NCBI GenBank assembly: GCA_025408405.1
Contig: JANYJE010000015.1
Span: 1,573-65,572 of the forward strand
Length of the DNA: 64,000 bases
From: Nitrosomonadales bacterium
Lineage (GTDB): Bacteria; Pseudomonadota; Gammaproteobacteria; Burkholderiales; Gallionellaceae
Reading direction: 5' to 3'
The notes beneath the pieces are model-generated. The model saw only the letters and a program-made list of their open reading frames with translations. It ran no database searches and had not been told where the DNA came from. The position numbers and the translations under genes are program-made. Positions 14,117 to 24,473 of this stretch are shown here, one piece after another; position 1 is the stretch's first letter, and each line of letters begins with the position of its first letter.

Positions 14117-14674
14117 TCATGCGTCGCCAGTGCCATGCAGAGGGAAGCGCGCCAACACTTCATAGCGCGCGCCCTGTGCATCGTTAAGCGATTGCACCAG
14201 AGCAAAATCGCGCGCCCGCCACAACAGCGGGGACATGACTGGCAGCGGACTATCGCTCCATTGCGCGTGGCGCAACAAGGTGACATGCGGCTTGTAGCTG
14301 CGCGCCTCAAACCTGAAATGGTGCCGCCGCAAACGCCGCTCCAGTTCGCTCACCAGCCACAGCAGCGCTGGAGGCACCTCCAGGGGCGCTGCAAACACGA
14401 TATGGTTGTGTCCCCAGTAGCGCGCCAGCGCAAATTTCAACCCGAACCTCTCCCCGTTCACCTCCTGCGCTGCCAGCAGCAAGGCTTCAAACCGCTCCTC
14501 GCCGACCTCGCCGAGAAACACCAGCGTGGCATGCAAGCCCGCGCTGCGCATGGCCCGCCCGCCACACAGCCGCTGCAGTGGCGTCTGCCAGGCGACCAGC
14601 GCCTGACGCTCTGCCTCATCCGGCCACAGCGCAAAAAACAGCCTTGCCTGCTGATTTGAAGTTGCATGGTTCAT
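14117..14674 (-). CDS. thpR: RNA 2',3'-cyclic phosphodiesterase (2H phosphoesterase)
   Basis: 185 aa. FFALWP is followed by two HxT motifs (HATLVF and HVTLLR). Confidence 0.8.
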   Translation of the reverse strand: MNHATSNQQARLFFALWPDEAERQALVAWQTPLQRLCGGRAMRSAGLHATLVFLGEVGEERFEALLLAAQEVNGERFGLKFALARYWGHNHIVFAAPLEVPPALLWLVSELERRLRRHHFRFEARSYKPHVTLLRHAQWSDSPLPVMSPLLWRARDFALVQSLNDAQGARYEVLARFPLHGTGDA

Positions 14675-14782
14675 GACATGCAGCTTAATACCGACTGACT
14701 ATTTTGTCCTTATGCGTGTTGGGGTCGAGCATAAGCGCCAGATACGGTAAAATGCGCACCTTGTTGTGACACCGTACCGACC

Positions 14783-17700
14783 ATGAACGCTCGTTTGCGC
14801 GAAATCCCATACAACTACACTTCGTTTTCCGACCGCGAGATTGTCATTCGCCTGTTGGGCGCGGAGGCATGGGACATTGTCAACAGCCTGCGCGACGAGC
14901 GCCGCACCGGGCGTTCGGCACGCATGCTGTATGAGGTGCTGGGCGATATCTGGGTGGTAATGCGCAACCCGTATTTGCAGGATGACCTGCTCGGCAACAA
15001 CAAGCGCCGCGCCGCGCTGGTATCGGCTTTGCGCCATCGCTTGCACGCCATCGAAGCGCGCCGCCAGAGCAATGAATCCGTGCGGCGCCTGCTGCAACTC
15101 AGCCACCTCGCCATAGACGAATTTGCCGCCGACTTCGAGACCACACTGCAGTTGCGCCGGCGTGCCCTGCGGGTGCTGGCCCGCATCACCCGCCGCGACA
15201 ACATCCAGTTTGACGGCCTGGCGCGCGTCTCGCATGTCACCGATGCGACCGACTGGCGCGTGGAATATCCTTTCGTGGTGCTGCACCCGGACACCGAGGC
15301 CGAGGTCGACCAGCTGGTGCGTGCCTGCATCGAGCTCAAGCTCACCATCATCCCGCGCGGCGGCGGCACCGGCTATACCGGCGGCGCCATCCCGCTGGAT
15401 AAGCGCTCTGCCGTAATCAATACGGAAAAACTGGATACGCTGTCCGCCATCGAGCACCTACCATTACCCGGACTGGCGCAGCCCACGGCCACCATCCACT
15501 GCGGCGCGGGCGTAGTGACACGGCGCGTGATGGATGCGGCGGATGCCAACGGGCTGGTGTTCGCGGTAGATCCCACCTCGGCGGATGCCTCGTGCATAGG
15601 CGGCAATGTGTCGATGAACGCGGGCGGCAAGAAGGCCGTGCTGTGGGGCACGGCGCTGGACAATCTGGCATCCTGGCGCATGGTGACGCCGGAGGGTTTG
15701 TGGATGACGGTGGAGCGGCTCGATCACAACCTCGGCAAGATCCACGATGTGGAGATGACCCGCTTCCGCATCAGCCGCTTCGAGATTGACGGCAAGACGC
15801 TGCGCGGCGCGCCGGAAATTCTGCATATTCCCGGAGGAAAGTTCCGCAAGACCGGACTGGGCAAGGATGTCACCGACAAATTCCTGTCCGGGCTGCCCGG
15901 CATCCAGAAGGAAGGCTGCGACGGCATCATCACCTCGGCGCGCTTCATCCTGCATCGCGCGCATACGCACACGCGCACGGTGTGCCTGGAATTTTTTGGC
16001 CAGGTGCGCGAAGCCGTGCCGGCCATCGTGGAGATCAAGGATTACCTCGATGCCCATGCGCAGGCCGTGCTGGCCGGACTGGAACATCTGGACGACCGCT
16101 ACCTCAAGGCCGTGGGCTATGCCACCAAGGCCCGGCGCGGTTCACGTCCGAAGATGGTGTTGCTGGCCGATGTGGTGGGTGACGACGAAAACGCCGTGGC
16201 GCAGGCGGCCTCTGAAATCGTGCGCCTGGCCAACCTGCGCCACGGCGAAGGCTTTATCGCGGTATCCGCCGATGCACGCAAGAAGTTCTGGCTGGACCGC
16301 GCACGCACCGCCGCCATTGCCAAGCACACCAACGCCTTCAAGATCAACGAAGACGTGGTCATTCCTCTGCCGCGCATGGGCGACTATTGCGACGGCATCG
16401 AGCGCATCAACATCGAGCTGTCGTTGGGCAACAAGATCAAACTGCTGGGTGTGCTGGATGAGCTCTTCGCCGGCGAATTGCCGCTGTACTACCAGGACGA
16501 TGCGCAGTTGGGCGATAACGTACTCCTCGGCAATCGCAGGGAAGATGCGCGAAAATTATTAAGTGATGTTAGAAAAACCTGGGAATGGTTGCTGAAAAAT
16601 CTGGACGTACCCAGTGAAAGACTGCTTGGTGTTGATTTCGTGCAACCTACAAATCCAAGCGATGACGGCCTCAAAAAAATTACTAGCGGTTTCACTGTCT
16701 TCCATCATATTCAAAACCATAGTTACAGTGCCTCGTGGAAGCGCGAACTGCGCGAGCCGTTGCGCCATATTTTCAGCGGTAGCACTTACCTGCCCATCCT
16801 CGAGCAGTGCACCGCCATCCACCAACGAGTGCTGAAGAGCCGCGTGTTTGTCGCCCTGCACATGCACGCCGGCGACGGCAATGTGCACACCAACATCCCG
16901 GTCAACTCCGACGATTACGCCATGCTGCAACAGGCTTACGGCGCGGTTGAACGCATCATGGCGCTGGCCAAGGCGCTGGGCGGCGTGATCTCGGGCGAGC
17001 ACGGCATCGGCATTACCAAATTCGATTTCCTCGAAGCCGGTGAAATCGCCGACTTCACCGCCTATAAATTGCAGGTAGACCCGGATGGCCGCTTCAATCG
17101 CGGCAAGCTGCTGGCCGGCAGCAATCTGGAGCGCGCCTACACCCCCAGCTTCAACCTGATGGAACTGGAAAGCCTGATTCTGGAAAAGAGCGAGCTGGGC
17201 GAAATCGCCGATTCGATCAAGGATTGCCTGCGCTGCGGCAAGTGCAAGCCGGTGTGCTCCACTCATGTGCCGCGCGCCAACCTGCTGTATTCGCCGCGCA
17301 ACAAGATACTCGCCACTTCGCTGCTGATCGAAGCCTTCCTGTACGAGGAGCAGACCCGGCGCGGCATTTCCATCGCGCACTTCGACGAGTTCAGCGACGT
17401 CGCCGACCATTGCACGGTGTGCCACAAGTGCCTCAAACCGTGCCCGGTGGATATCGATTTCGGCGATGTGTCTGTGGCCATGCGCAACTTCCTGCGCAAG
17501 CAGGGCAAGAAGAAGTTCAATCCGGGCACCGCCGCTGCCATGTTCTTCCTCAACGCCACCGACCCCACCACCATCAAGCTGGTGCGCCAGGTGATGATCA
17601 AATGGGGCTACCGCGCGCAGCGCTTAGGCCACCAGCTGGCAAAACACTTCGGCCTGCTCGGCAGCCAAACCGCACACCCGCCCGCCACGCTGGGACGCGC

Positions 17701-18631
17701 ACCGCTCAAGGCGCAGGTGATTCACTTCATCAACAAGCCGATGCCGGGCGGCTTGCCGAAGAAGACCTCGCGCGCGCTGCTCGACATCGAAGACAACACG
17801 ATGATTCCCATCATCCGCAACCCGCAAAAAACCACTGAGGATTCCGATGCGGTGTTCTACTTCCCCGGCTGCGGCTCGGAGCGCCTGTTCGGCCAGGTAG
17901 GTCTTGCCACGCAAGCCATGCTGTACGAAACAGGGGCCATCACGGTATTGCCTCCCGGCTATCTGTGCTGCGGCTATCCGCAAAATGCTGCGGGCATGAG
18001 TGACGTCGGCAGCAAGATGATCACCGACAACCGCGTGCTGTTCCACCGCGTGGCCAATACGCTCAACTACCTCGACATCAAGACCGTGGTGGTGTCGTGC
18101 GGCACCTGCATGGACCAGTTGCTGCAATACCAGTTCGACAAGATTTTCCCCGGCTGCCGCCTGCTCGACATCCACGAATATCTGCTGGAGAAAGGCGTGA
18201 AACTTGAGGGCGTAAGCGGCACACGTTATATGTACCACGAGCCCTGCCATGCTCCGATGAAGATTTATTCAGGCATTCAGGTAGCCAACCAGCTGATGGG
18301 CACCGAGGTAACTCTCAATGAGCGCTGCTGCGGTGAATCCGGCACGCTGGCGGTGACGCGCCCGGACATCTCGACCCAGGTGCGCTTCCGCAAGGAAGAG
18401 GAGATGCGCAGCGGTGCCGCTGCACTGCGCGCCGATGGCTATGGCGGCGACATCAAGATACTCACCTCGTGCCCGTCGTGCCTGCAGGGCCTGTCCCGCT
18501 ACAACGATGATGCCGGCACCAGCGCGGATTACCTGGTGGTCGAGATGGCGCGACATTTGCTCGGGACAAACTGGATGAGCGATTACGTCGACCGCGCCAA
18601 CAACGGTGGCATCGAGCGCGTGCTGCTTTAG
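14783..18631 (+). CDS. fusion oxidoreductase: N-terminal DUF3683-like region, FAD-linked (GlcD-like) dehydrogenase, and 4Fe-4S / CCG-domain (GlcF-like) module
   Basis: 1282 aa. The FAD domain reads [13 protein letters not shown]...GEHGIGITK. The Fe-S motifs are [11 protein letters not shown] and [12 protein letters not shown]. Two Cys-rich CCG-like repeats are present (FPGCGSE and HEPCHAP). Confidence 0.85.
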   Translation: MNARLREIPYNYTSFSDREIVIRLLGAEAWDIVNSLRDERRTGRSARMLYEVLGDIWVVMRNPYLQDDLLGNNKRRAALVSALRHRLHAIEARRQSNESVRRLLQLSHLAIDEFAADFETTLQLRRRALRVLARITRRDNIQFDGLARVSHVTDATDWRVEYPFVVLHPDTEAEVDQLVRACIELKLTIIPRGGGTGYTGGAIPLDKRSAVINTEKLDTLSAIEHLPLPGLAQPTATIHCGAGVVTRRVMDAADANGLVFAVDPTSADASCIGGNVSMNAGGKKAVLWGTALDNLASWRMVTPEGLWMTVERLDHNLGKIHDVEMTRFRISRFEIDGKTLRGAPEILHIPGGKFRKTGLGKDVTDKFLSGLPGIQKEGCDGIITSARFILHRAHTHTRTVCLEFFGQVREAVPAIVEIKDYLDAHAQAVLAGLEHLDDRYLKAVGYATKARRGSRPKMVLLADVVGDDENAVAQAASEIVRLANLRHGEGFIAVSADARKKFWLDRARTAAIAKHTNAFKINEDVVIPLPRMGDYCDGIERINIELSLGNKIKLLGVLDELFAGELPLYYQDDAQLGDNVLLGNRREDARKLLSDVRKTWEWLLKNLDVPSERLLGVDFVQPTNPSDDGLKKITSGFTVFHHIQNHSYSASWKRELREPLRHIFSGSTYLPILEQCTAIHQRVLKSRVFVALHMHAGDGNVHTNIPVNSDDYAMLQQAYGAVERIMALAKALGGVISGEHGIGITKFDFLEAGEIADFTAYKLQVDPDGRFNRGKLLAGSNLERAYTPSFNLMELESLILEKSELGEIADSIKDCLRCGKCKPVCSTHVPRANLLYSPRNKILATSLLIEAFLYEEQTRRGISIAHFDEFSDVADHCTVCHKCLKPCPVDIDFGDVSVAMRNFLRKQGKKKFNPGTAAAMFFLNATDPTTIKLVRQVMIKWGYRAQRLGHQLAKHFGLLGSQTAHPPATLGRAPLKAQVIHFINKPMPGGLPKKTSRALLDIEDNTMIPIIRNPQKTTEDSDAVFYFPGCGSERLFGQVGLATQAMLYETGAITVLPPGYLCCGYPQNAAGMSDVGSKMITDNRVLFHRVANTLNYLDIKTVVVSCGTCMDQLLQYQFDKIFPGCRLLDIHEYLLEKGVKLEGVSGTRYMYHEPCHAPMKIYSGIQVANQLMGTEVTLNERCCGESGTLAVTRPDISTQVRFRKEEEMRSGAAALRADGYGGDIKILTSCPSCLQGLSRYNDDAGTSADYLVVEMARHLLGTNWMSDYVDRANNGGIERVLL

Positions 18632-18634
18632 GAC

Positions 18635-19072
18635 ATGGGTGCGATGATGAAAAATGCATGCGAGCTGTGCACACAGGATGGGGGCGAAGTAGTGTTTCGC
18701 AACACCTCGCTGCGCGTGGTGATCGCGAATGACAGCGACTATCCGGGATTCTGCCGCATCATCTGGAATGCGCACGTCAAGGAGATGACTGATCTGTCCG
18801 AAGCACAGCGTGCTGAAATGATGGCTGCCGTGTTTGCGGTGGAGAGCGCAGTGCGCAAAATCATGCAGCCGCACAAGATTAACCTGGCCAGTCTCGGCAA
18901 TATGACACCACATCTGCACTGGCACGTGATCCCGCGCTATGCTGACGACCGCCATTTTCCCGCGCCGATCTGGGCCGCAGCGGCACGCCCGGGGCCTGCA
19001 CAGAGTGTGCATTTTTCCGACAACTGGCGTGCGCAATTAAGTACTTTCATATCCACATCGCTACACACCTGA
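18635..19072 (+). CDS. HIT-family nucleotide hydrolase/transferase
   Basis: 145 aa with the histidine-triad motif HLHWHVIPR. It starts 3 nt after the upstream stop codon. Confidence 0.85.
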   Translation: MGAMMKNACELCTQDGGEVVFRNTSLRVVIANDSDYPGFCRIIWNAHVKEMTDLSEAQRAEMMAAVFAVESAVRKIMQPHKINLASLGNMTPHLHWHVIPRYADDRHFPAPIWAAAARPGPAQSVHFSDNWRAQLSTFISTSLHT

Positions 19073-19073
19073 C

Positions 19074-20666
19074 ATGCTGACCCTGCCTCTAGCCCCGACT
19101 GACCACCAGGCTAAACCTGCATTTAAAAACATCTCCACCCTCGCGCAGTGGCTGGCTCAGCTGCAGCTCACCAATTTGCATGCCGCACACCTGGTCTTGC
19201 GCACCCAGCTGGCCGAATTCAACCGCTTTCCCTTGAGTGCCCTGGAGCGCCTGAACACGCTGGAGCGGCTGCGCGAAACTGTGGGCGTGGTGCAGGCAGA
19301 CTACGCCAAGAAACTCATCGCCAAAAAACTGCCGCTCAGCACGGATGAGTTTGCCATTTTCCTGGCGCTCATAGAGTTGTGGCAGCTCATGCTTGACGGC
19401 TACCGGCGTAGCCTGCAAGCCTTTATCGACGACGACAAGCAGCTTGCAAAGCATGGGGCGTTGTTGTGCAACCGTTGCCTGCTGTATGGCAGCCTGCAGA
19501 TATTTGAGTATCTGCGCACCGGCTATGAATTTGACGGCAGCCTCTGGCAAAACCTCCACGAGCTGTATTCTTTCACCGAAGGAAATGGCTTGCAGCATGA
19601 AAAGGTCAAGGACGAAGTGTATGCGCAGGGGCACGCCCTTTCCTGCCATGCGCTGTATGCCAAGATGCTGCTGATCTGCCACGCCCACCCTGCCGAGCTT
19701 ACGCGCGCACAACTGCAACTGCTGGATCGCTGGCTGACACTGTGGGGAGATGTGATCGTTATCGAGCGGCGCTACAACGTAAGCCGCGGCGATGCGCCAC
19801 CGCTGGCGCTGGATCTGGGCGGCAGCAGCGGCCTGCAACCGCTGGAACAAGTCACCACATCAGACAAACTGCGCTTTCTGGCGATGGTGCCGCTCAGCAA
19901 GCTGCTGCGCGTAAAGACCATTTTGCTGCAGCAAGGCCAGTCCCCGCAGCAACTGGAGCTGGGCAGCGATTTCTTTGGCGTCAACTGTGTCGACTTCCTC
20001 AACCTGCTGCACCACTTCTGGTGTGAAGGGCTCAGCGAACGTTTGGTCGAGCGGCGCAATGTGGCAACCACTGCGCAAGTGGGTTTCGGCATCCAGCCAA
20101 TCTATTCCTGCATCTCGGGCAAATCGGTCCAGCCGTCCGGCAAGGAGTCTGGCATCGATACCGTTTCACGCCATCAGTTAGAAACCCTGGGGCGCACACT
20201 CTCGGAGTCCGCACGCCCCGCTTCCGGCCACCCCGAACCCTGGCACATCGAAAATGAAAACATTCTCGGTGCACGCTTGCTGCGCGACGTGCAGGAAGGT
20301 GATCGCATCGGCCTGAATCAGCTGGTAGCAGTGCGCCCTGCCGAAGCCGAGGCCTACATTCTGGGTAGCGTAAAATGGCGCAGTGTGACGCGCAGCGGGC
20401 AGTTGCATGTAGGCGTGCGCTACTTTCCCGGTGTAGCACAGGCAGTTACGCTGAAAGGCGCGTCTTCCCGGCATATCCTTGCCCTGTTGCTACCGGCCAT
20501 TCCGGCACAGAAGATTCCTGCCAGCCTGATCGTTCCGCGCGAGGTATTCCAGGCAGATCACGCATTCGAGCTGATCCACCAGAACAATGAGAAACTGGGA
20601 ATTAAAATGGGATTCAGCGTGGCGACGGGTGCCGATTTTGAGCGCGTAAGCTTTACTGCGGTTTAA
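19074..20666 (+). CDS. hypothetical protein, 530 aa, with a possible degenerate PilZ-like C-terminal barrel
   Basis: Long ORF that starts 1 nt after the HIT gene stop and has normal codon composition. I recognise no confident family motif. The C-terminal strings ERRNVATT and IENENILGARL resemble weakened PilZ motifs. Confidence 0.6.
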   Translation: MLTLPLAPTDHQAKPAFKNISTLAQWLAQLQLTNLHAAHLVLRTQLAEFNRFPLSALERLNTLERLRETVGVVQADYAKKLIAKKLPLSTDEFAIFLALIELWQLMLDGYRRSLQAFIDDDKQLAKHGALLCNRCLLYGSLQIFEYLRTGYEFDGSLWQNLHELYSFTEGNGLQHEKVKDEVYAQGHALSCHALYAKMLLICHAHPAELTRAQLQLLDRWLTLWGDVIVIERRYNVSRGDAPPLALDLGGSSGLQPLEQVTTSDKLRFLAMVPLSKLLRVKTILLQQGQSPQQLELGSDFFGVNCVDFLNLLHHFWCEGLSERLVERRNVATTAQVGFGIQPIYSCISGKSVQPSGKESGIDTVSRHQLETLGRTLSESARPASGHPEPWHIENENILGARLLRDVQEGDRIGLNQLVAVRPAEAEAYILGSVKWRSVTRSGQLHVGVRYFPGVAQAVTLKGASSRHILALLLPAIPAQKIPASLIVPREVFQADHAFELIHQNNEKLGIKMGFSVATGADFERVSFTAV

Positions 20667-20699
20667 ATCGCCCAGCCGGGTAGCAATTACCAGAACGGG

Positions 20700-21995
20700 C
20701 TAGCGCCGACGTTTGGCCGGGAATTCAATACTGAAGGTACTGCCCTGGCCTTCCACGCTGACTATCCCCAGGCGTGCCTGATGGCGATTGGCAATATGCT
20801 TGACGATAGCCAGCCCAAGTCCTGTGCCGCCGGAAGCGCGCGAGCGGCTGCTGTCCACCCGGTAGAAGCGTTCGGTCAGGCGCGAGATGTGTTGCGGTGC
20901 GATGCCGATACCCGCGTCCTTTACGCTGAATAGCGGCTGGCCATTGTCCAGCAACTGCCAGGTCAGGACGATTTCGCCTCCCGGCGGGGTGTAGCGGATG
21001 GCGTTGGAGATCAGGTTGCTAAACGCACTGCGCAGCTCTTCCGCACAGCCCAGCAGTTTGCAGTCACTCAGCACTTCCAGTTTAATCTGATGCTGCCCTC
21101 CGCTTAATGCCAGACCGTCCTCATAGCAGCGCGGCAGCAGCTCGGGCACATCGAGCACCTCTTCCTGCAACACATTGAGCCGGTCTTCAAGCTTGGACAG
21201 GGTCAGCAAGTCTCCCACCAGGTGTTCCATGCGCTGCGTCTGCTCCCCCATCAGATTGAGCGCACGCCGCGCCATTTCATTTTCCAGGTTCGGCATGTCA
21301 TGCAGGGTTTCGACGAAGCCGTTGACTACCGTCAGCGGCGTGCGCAACTCATGCGAAACATTGGCGACAAAATCGCGGCGCATGGTTTCGACACGTTCAA
21401 AACTGGTGATGTCGCGGGTAATCAGCAGCTTCTTGTTGCCGCTATAGCCGACGAGTTTGCATGACAAGATCAGGTCGTCCTGACGCGGGCCGCGCAGAAT
21501 GAGAGGGTCGGAGAAATTGTTGGCTGCGAGGTATTGCACGAACTCCGGCTGGCGCGCCAGATAGGTAATGTGCTGGCCGACATCGCGCACGCCGTCCAGG
21601 CCGAGATGCAGCTCCGCCAGCGGGTTGCACCATTCAATGTGACCGGCACGATCCAGGCTCACCACGCCTTCGGGCAAGGCTGAGGTGGCCTGCTCCATAT
21701 CGTGCAACGCTGCGGCACGTTTGGTGCGTTCCTTGCGATGTTCACGCACCATCTTGTAGATGCGGGAAAAAACCTCATCCCACGGTCCGGAAGCATCGGG
21801 AAGGGTGCGCCCCTCCGGGTCCTGCAGCCAATAATTAAGCGCCAGCAGATGCCGAACGTGATACACCCAGCGGTAAAACAGCAACAATCCAAACGTGATC
21901 GCCGCCGCCAGAGCACCTGCCACCGCCCACAGCAACAGGGACAGCGAAAACAATATCAACAAAAATGTCAGGGCGCGCCGCCACAGTTCAAACAC
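20700..21995 (-). CDS. phoR: phosphate regulon sensor histidine kinase
   Basis: 431 aa. It has two N-terminal TM helices, a PAS region, an H-box (FVANVSHELRTPLT), and N/G boxes (NAIRYT and GGTGLGLAIVKH). phoB lies immediately upstream. Confidence 0.9.
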   Translation of the reverse strand: MFELWRRALTFLLILFSLSLLLWAVAGALAAAITFGLLLFYRWVYHVRHLLALNYWLQDPEGRTLPDASGPWDEVFSRIYKMVREHRKERTKRAAALHDMEQATSALPEGVVSLDRAGHIEWCNPLAELHLGLDGVRDVGQHITYLARQPEFVQYLAANNFSDPLILRGPRQDDLILSCKLVGYSGNKKLLITRDITSFERVETMRRDFVANVSHELRTPLTVVNGFVETLHDMPNLENEMARRALNLMGEQTQRMEHLVGDLLTLSKLEDRLNVLQEEVLDVPELLPRCYEDGLALSGGQHQIKLEVLSDCKLLGCAEELRSAFSNLISNAIRYTPPGGEIVLTWQLLDNGQPLFSVKDAGIGIAPQHISRLTERFYRVDSSRSRASGGTGLGLAIVKHIANRHQARLGIVSVEGQGSTFSIEFPAKRRR

Positions 21996-22102
21996 GGTTG
22001 TGCTTTCAGAAATTATGCCGCGCCATTATACGGGGCGCCGTGTGCACGGCAATTTTAAATTGTTGGCCCGGAAAATAGCTGGCCCGGAAAATCGTTGCGT
22101 GG

Positions 22103-22789
22103 TCAGCTGGTGGAAAAACGGTAGCCGCTGCCGCGCACCGTCTGCACCAGCCGGTCCATGCCGGAAGGCTCCATCGCCTGGCGCAGGCGGCGGATGTGCA
22201 CATCCACGGTGCGCTCTTCGACAAACACGTGGTCTCCCCATACCTGGTCCAGCAGCTGGGCACGGCTGTATACGCGCTCGGCGTGAGTCATGAAAAAGTG
22301 CAGCAGGCGAAATTCTGTCGGCCCCAGATCAAGCGGGCTGCCGTTGGCATTGACGCGGTGGGTGGTGGGTGACAGTTCCAGCCCCTCGGCACGCACGGTC
22401 TCTTCGCTCATCTGCGGCATGCGCCGGCGCAACACCGCGCGAATGCGCGCCATCAGCTCGCGCGGCGAGAAAGGCTTGGTGATGTAATCGTCCGCACCGG
22501 ACTCCAGCCCCATCACCTTGTCGCGCTCATCGGTGCGCGCAGTGAGCATGATGATGGGAATATTGCGCGTGCGCTGATCCGCGCGCAGGCGCCGTGCCAG
22601 CTCCACCCCGGGCACGTCCGGCAACATCCAGTCGAGCAGGATCAAATCCGGCAGCGCGCGATTTATCTCGGCGGTGGCACTCGCCACATCTCTTGCCTGG
22701 ATGGCGCGGAAACCGCACTGCGTCACATTAAATGCCAGCAACTCCTGTATCGCTGGCTCGTCTTCTACTAGCAGAATATTCGCTGTCAT
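22103..22789 (-). CDS. phoB: phosphate regulon response regulator (OmpR/PhoB family)
   Basis: The receiver reads ILLVEDE...LLDWMLPD...LTAR and the winged helix reads VDVHIRRLR...[15 protein letters not shown] lies 9 nt before the ATG at 22789. Confidence 0.9.
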   Translation of the reverse strand: MTANILLVEDEPAIQELLAFNVTQCGFRAIQARDVASATAEINRALPDLILLDWMLPDVPGVELARRLRADQRTRNIPIIMLTARTDERDKVMGLESGADDYITKPFSPRELMARIRAVLRRRMPQMSEETVRAEGLELSPTTHRVNANGSPLDLGPTEFRLLHFFMTHAERVYSRAQLLDQVWGDHVFVEERTVDVHIRRLRQAMEPSGMDRLVQTVRGSGYRFSTS

Positions 22790-22831
22790 CTTTTGCTCCA
22801 TCATTTAGATGACATCATAGTATGAAAGTAT

Positions 22832-22849
22832 TGTGACAGTAGTGTGACA
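22832..22849 (-). promoter_or_regulatory. Pho box (PhoB binding site) upstream of phoB
   Basis: The minus strand reads CTGTCAC-ACTA-CTGTCAC. This is two 7-bp direct repeats spaced by 4 bp, about 43-60 nt upstream of the phoB start, and it matches the CTGTCAT-N4-CTGTCAT consensus. Confidence 0.6.
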
Positions 22850-22864
22850 GTTACGGGTGCGGCG

Positions 22865-24388
22865 TTACGAATGTTCGCGTGGTGCGTGCGGATGCTCGGT
22901 CACATGGCCGGTATGACTGGCGGCATGATGATGCAGATAGGCATGCTCCTGTTCGGGTAGCGCACGCTTGCCTGTCATGTCTGGCAGCAGTGAGCCTGCC
23001 AACATGCCTGTGATGCTCAGCAACAGGCCGACGAGTTGCGGCAGCCATACACCGTCCGCATTAAAAACTTCCATCAGTACCCACGACGACAGGCCCAGGA
23101 TGATGGCGACCAGCGCCCCCTGATTGTTGGCGCGCTTCCAGTACAGGCCAAAGGCCAAGGGCACAAATGCCGCCACCAGAGTGATCTTGTATGCGTTTTC
23201 TACCATCTTGAATATGCTGGCGCCTGAATTGAGCGCAAACAGCAGCACAATCATGCCGAAGCACAGCACCGCGATGCGCATTGCGCGCAGGAATTGATGG
23301 TCGCTCATATTCTTGAACACGAAATGCTTGAGTATGTTTTCTGTAAAGGTCACCGCGGGAGCCAGCAGGGTCGCAGAGGAGCAGCTCATGATCGCCGACA
23401 GCAGCGCGCCGAAGAAAATCACCTGCGCAAATACCGGGGTATGGTTCAGGATCAGGTTGGGCAGCACCAGCTGCGGATCGCTGTGCAGCAATGCGCCGAA
23501 TTCGGCGGGGTCTATCATGATCGCGGCGTATGCCAGGAACATCGGCACGAACGCGAACAGGAAATAGATGCTGCCGCCCAGCACCGAGCCCTGCACCGCT
23601 ATTTTCTCGCTTTTGGCCGAGGTGATGCGCTGGAACACGTCCTGCTGCGGAATGGAGCCCAGCATCATGGTGAGCCACGCGCCCACAAATGGCACCCATT
23701 CCGTATAGCCGCCGTGCGGAAAGAAATCCAGCTTGCCCGCCGCCTGCGCGTGCGCAACCACCGCCCCCACGCCGCCGGTCATGCCGCTGATCAGGTAGCC
23801 GATGAACAGCATGCCGCCCATGATCACCGTCATCTGGATAAAGTCCAGCAGCGCGACCGACCACATGCCGCCGAACATGGTATAGGTCAGCACGATGGCC
23901 GCGCCGACGATCATCCCTGTCTGCTGTGACACCTCGCCCGCCGACACCACGTTGAACACCAGCCCCAGGGCTTTTACCTGCGCCGACACCCAGCCCAGAT
24001 AGGAAATAACGATGCACAGCGTAGTGATCAATTCCACCGTACGGCCATAGCGCAAGCGGTAGTAGTCGCCTATGGTGAGCAGGTTCATGCGGTAGAGCTT
24101 GTTGGCGAAAAACAGGCCGGCCAGAATCAGACACAGGCTGGCGCCGAACGGGTCAGCCACCACGCCGTGCAGCCCATCCTTGACGAAGGTCGCCGATATT
24201 CCCAGCACCGTTTCCGCACCAAACCAGGTGGCGAATACGGTGGCCGTCACGATGTGCAGCGGCAGGCTGCGCCCCGCCACCGCGAAGTCCTTGGCGCTAT
24301 GCACTCGCGTCGAGGCATACAGACCAATCCCGATGGAAGCCAGCAAATAGAGGATAACGAACCAGATCAGCATGGGAACATCTCGCAT
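22865..24388 (-). CDS. sodium:solute symporter (SSS) family transporter with a His-rich C-terminal tail
   Basis: About 13 TM segments and SSS-like loops. The start is uncertain: ATG at 24388 or 24373. The track start at 24424 is a TTG that abuts a terminator hairpin. Confidence 0.8.
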   Translation of the reverse strand: MRDVPMLIWFVILYLLASIGIGLYASTRVHSAKDFAVAGRSLPLHIVTATVFATWFGAETVLGISATFVKDGLHGVVADPFGASLCLILAGLFFANKLYRMNLLTIGDYYRLRYGRTVELITTLCIVISYLGWVSAQVKALGLVFNVVSAGEVSQQTGMIVGAAIVLTYTMFGGMWSVALLDFIQMTVIMGGMLFIGYLISGMTGGVGAVVAHAQAAGKLDFFPHGGYTEWVPFVGAWLTMMLGSIPQQDVFQRITSAKSEKIAVQGSVLGGSIYFLFAFVPMFLAYAAIMIDPAEFGALLHSDPQLVLPNLILNHTPVFAQVIFFGALLSAIMSCSSATLLAPAVTFTENILKHFVFKNMSDHQFLRAMRIAVLCFGMIVLLFALNSGASIFKMVENAYKITLVAAFVPLAFGLYWKRANNQGALVAIILGLSSWVLMEVFNADGVWLPQLVGLLLSITGMLAGSLLPDMTGKRALPEQEHAYLHHHAASHTGHVTEHPHAPREHS

Positions 24389-24420
24389 ATTGAGCAATGG
24401 CGACCATTCTAGCAGCGTTC

Positions 24421-24452
24421 TCAAAAACGAAAAGGCTCCCGCAGGAGCCTTG
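24421..24452 (-). terminator. rho-independent terminator after the sulfotransferase gene
   Basis: The minus strand reads AAGGCTCC-TGCG-GGAGCCTT followed by TTCGTTTTTG. Confidence 0.7.
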
Positions 24453-24473
24453 AGTTTTGTTGCCGCAAAAACG

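Noticed and set aside
23061-24134. 357-aa alternative-frame ORF on the same strand as the SSS transporter
   Set aside because: The composition is Arg/Gly/Pro-rich with no hydrophobic segments. The overlapping frame encodes a coherent 13-TM transporter.
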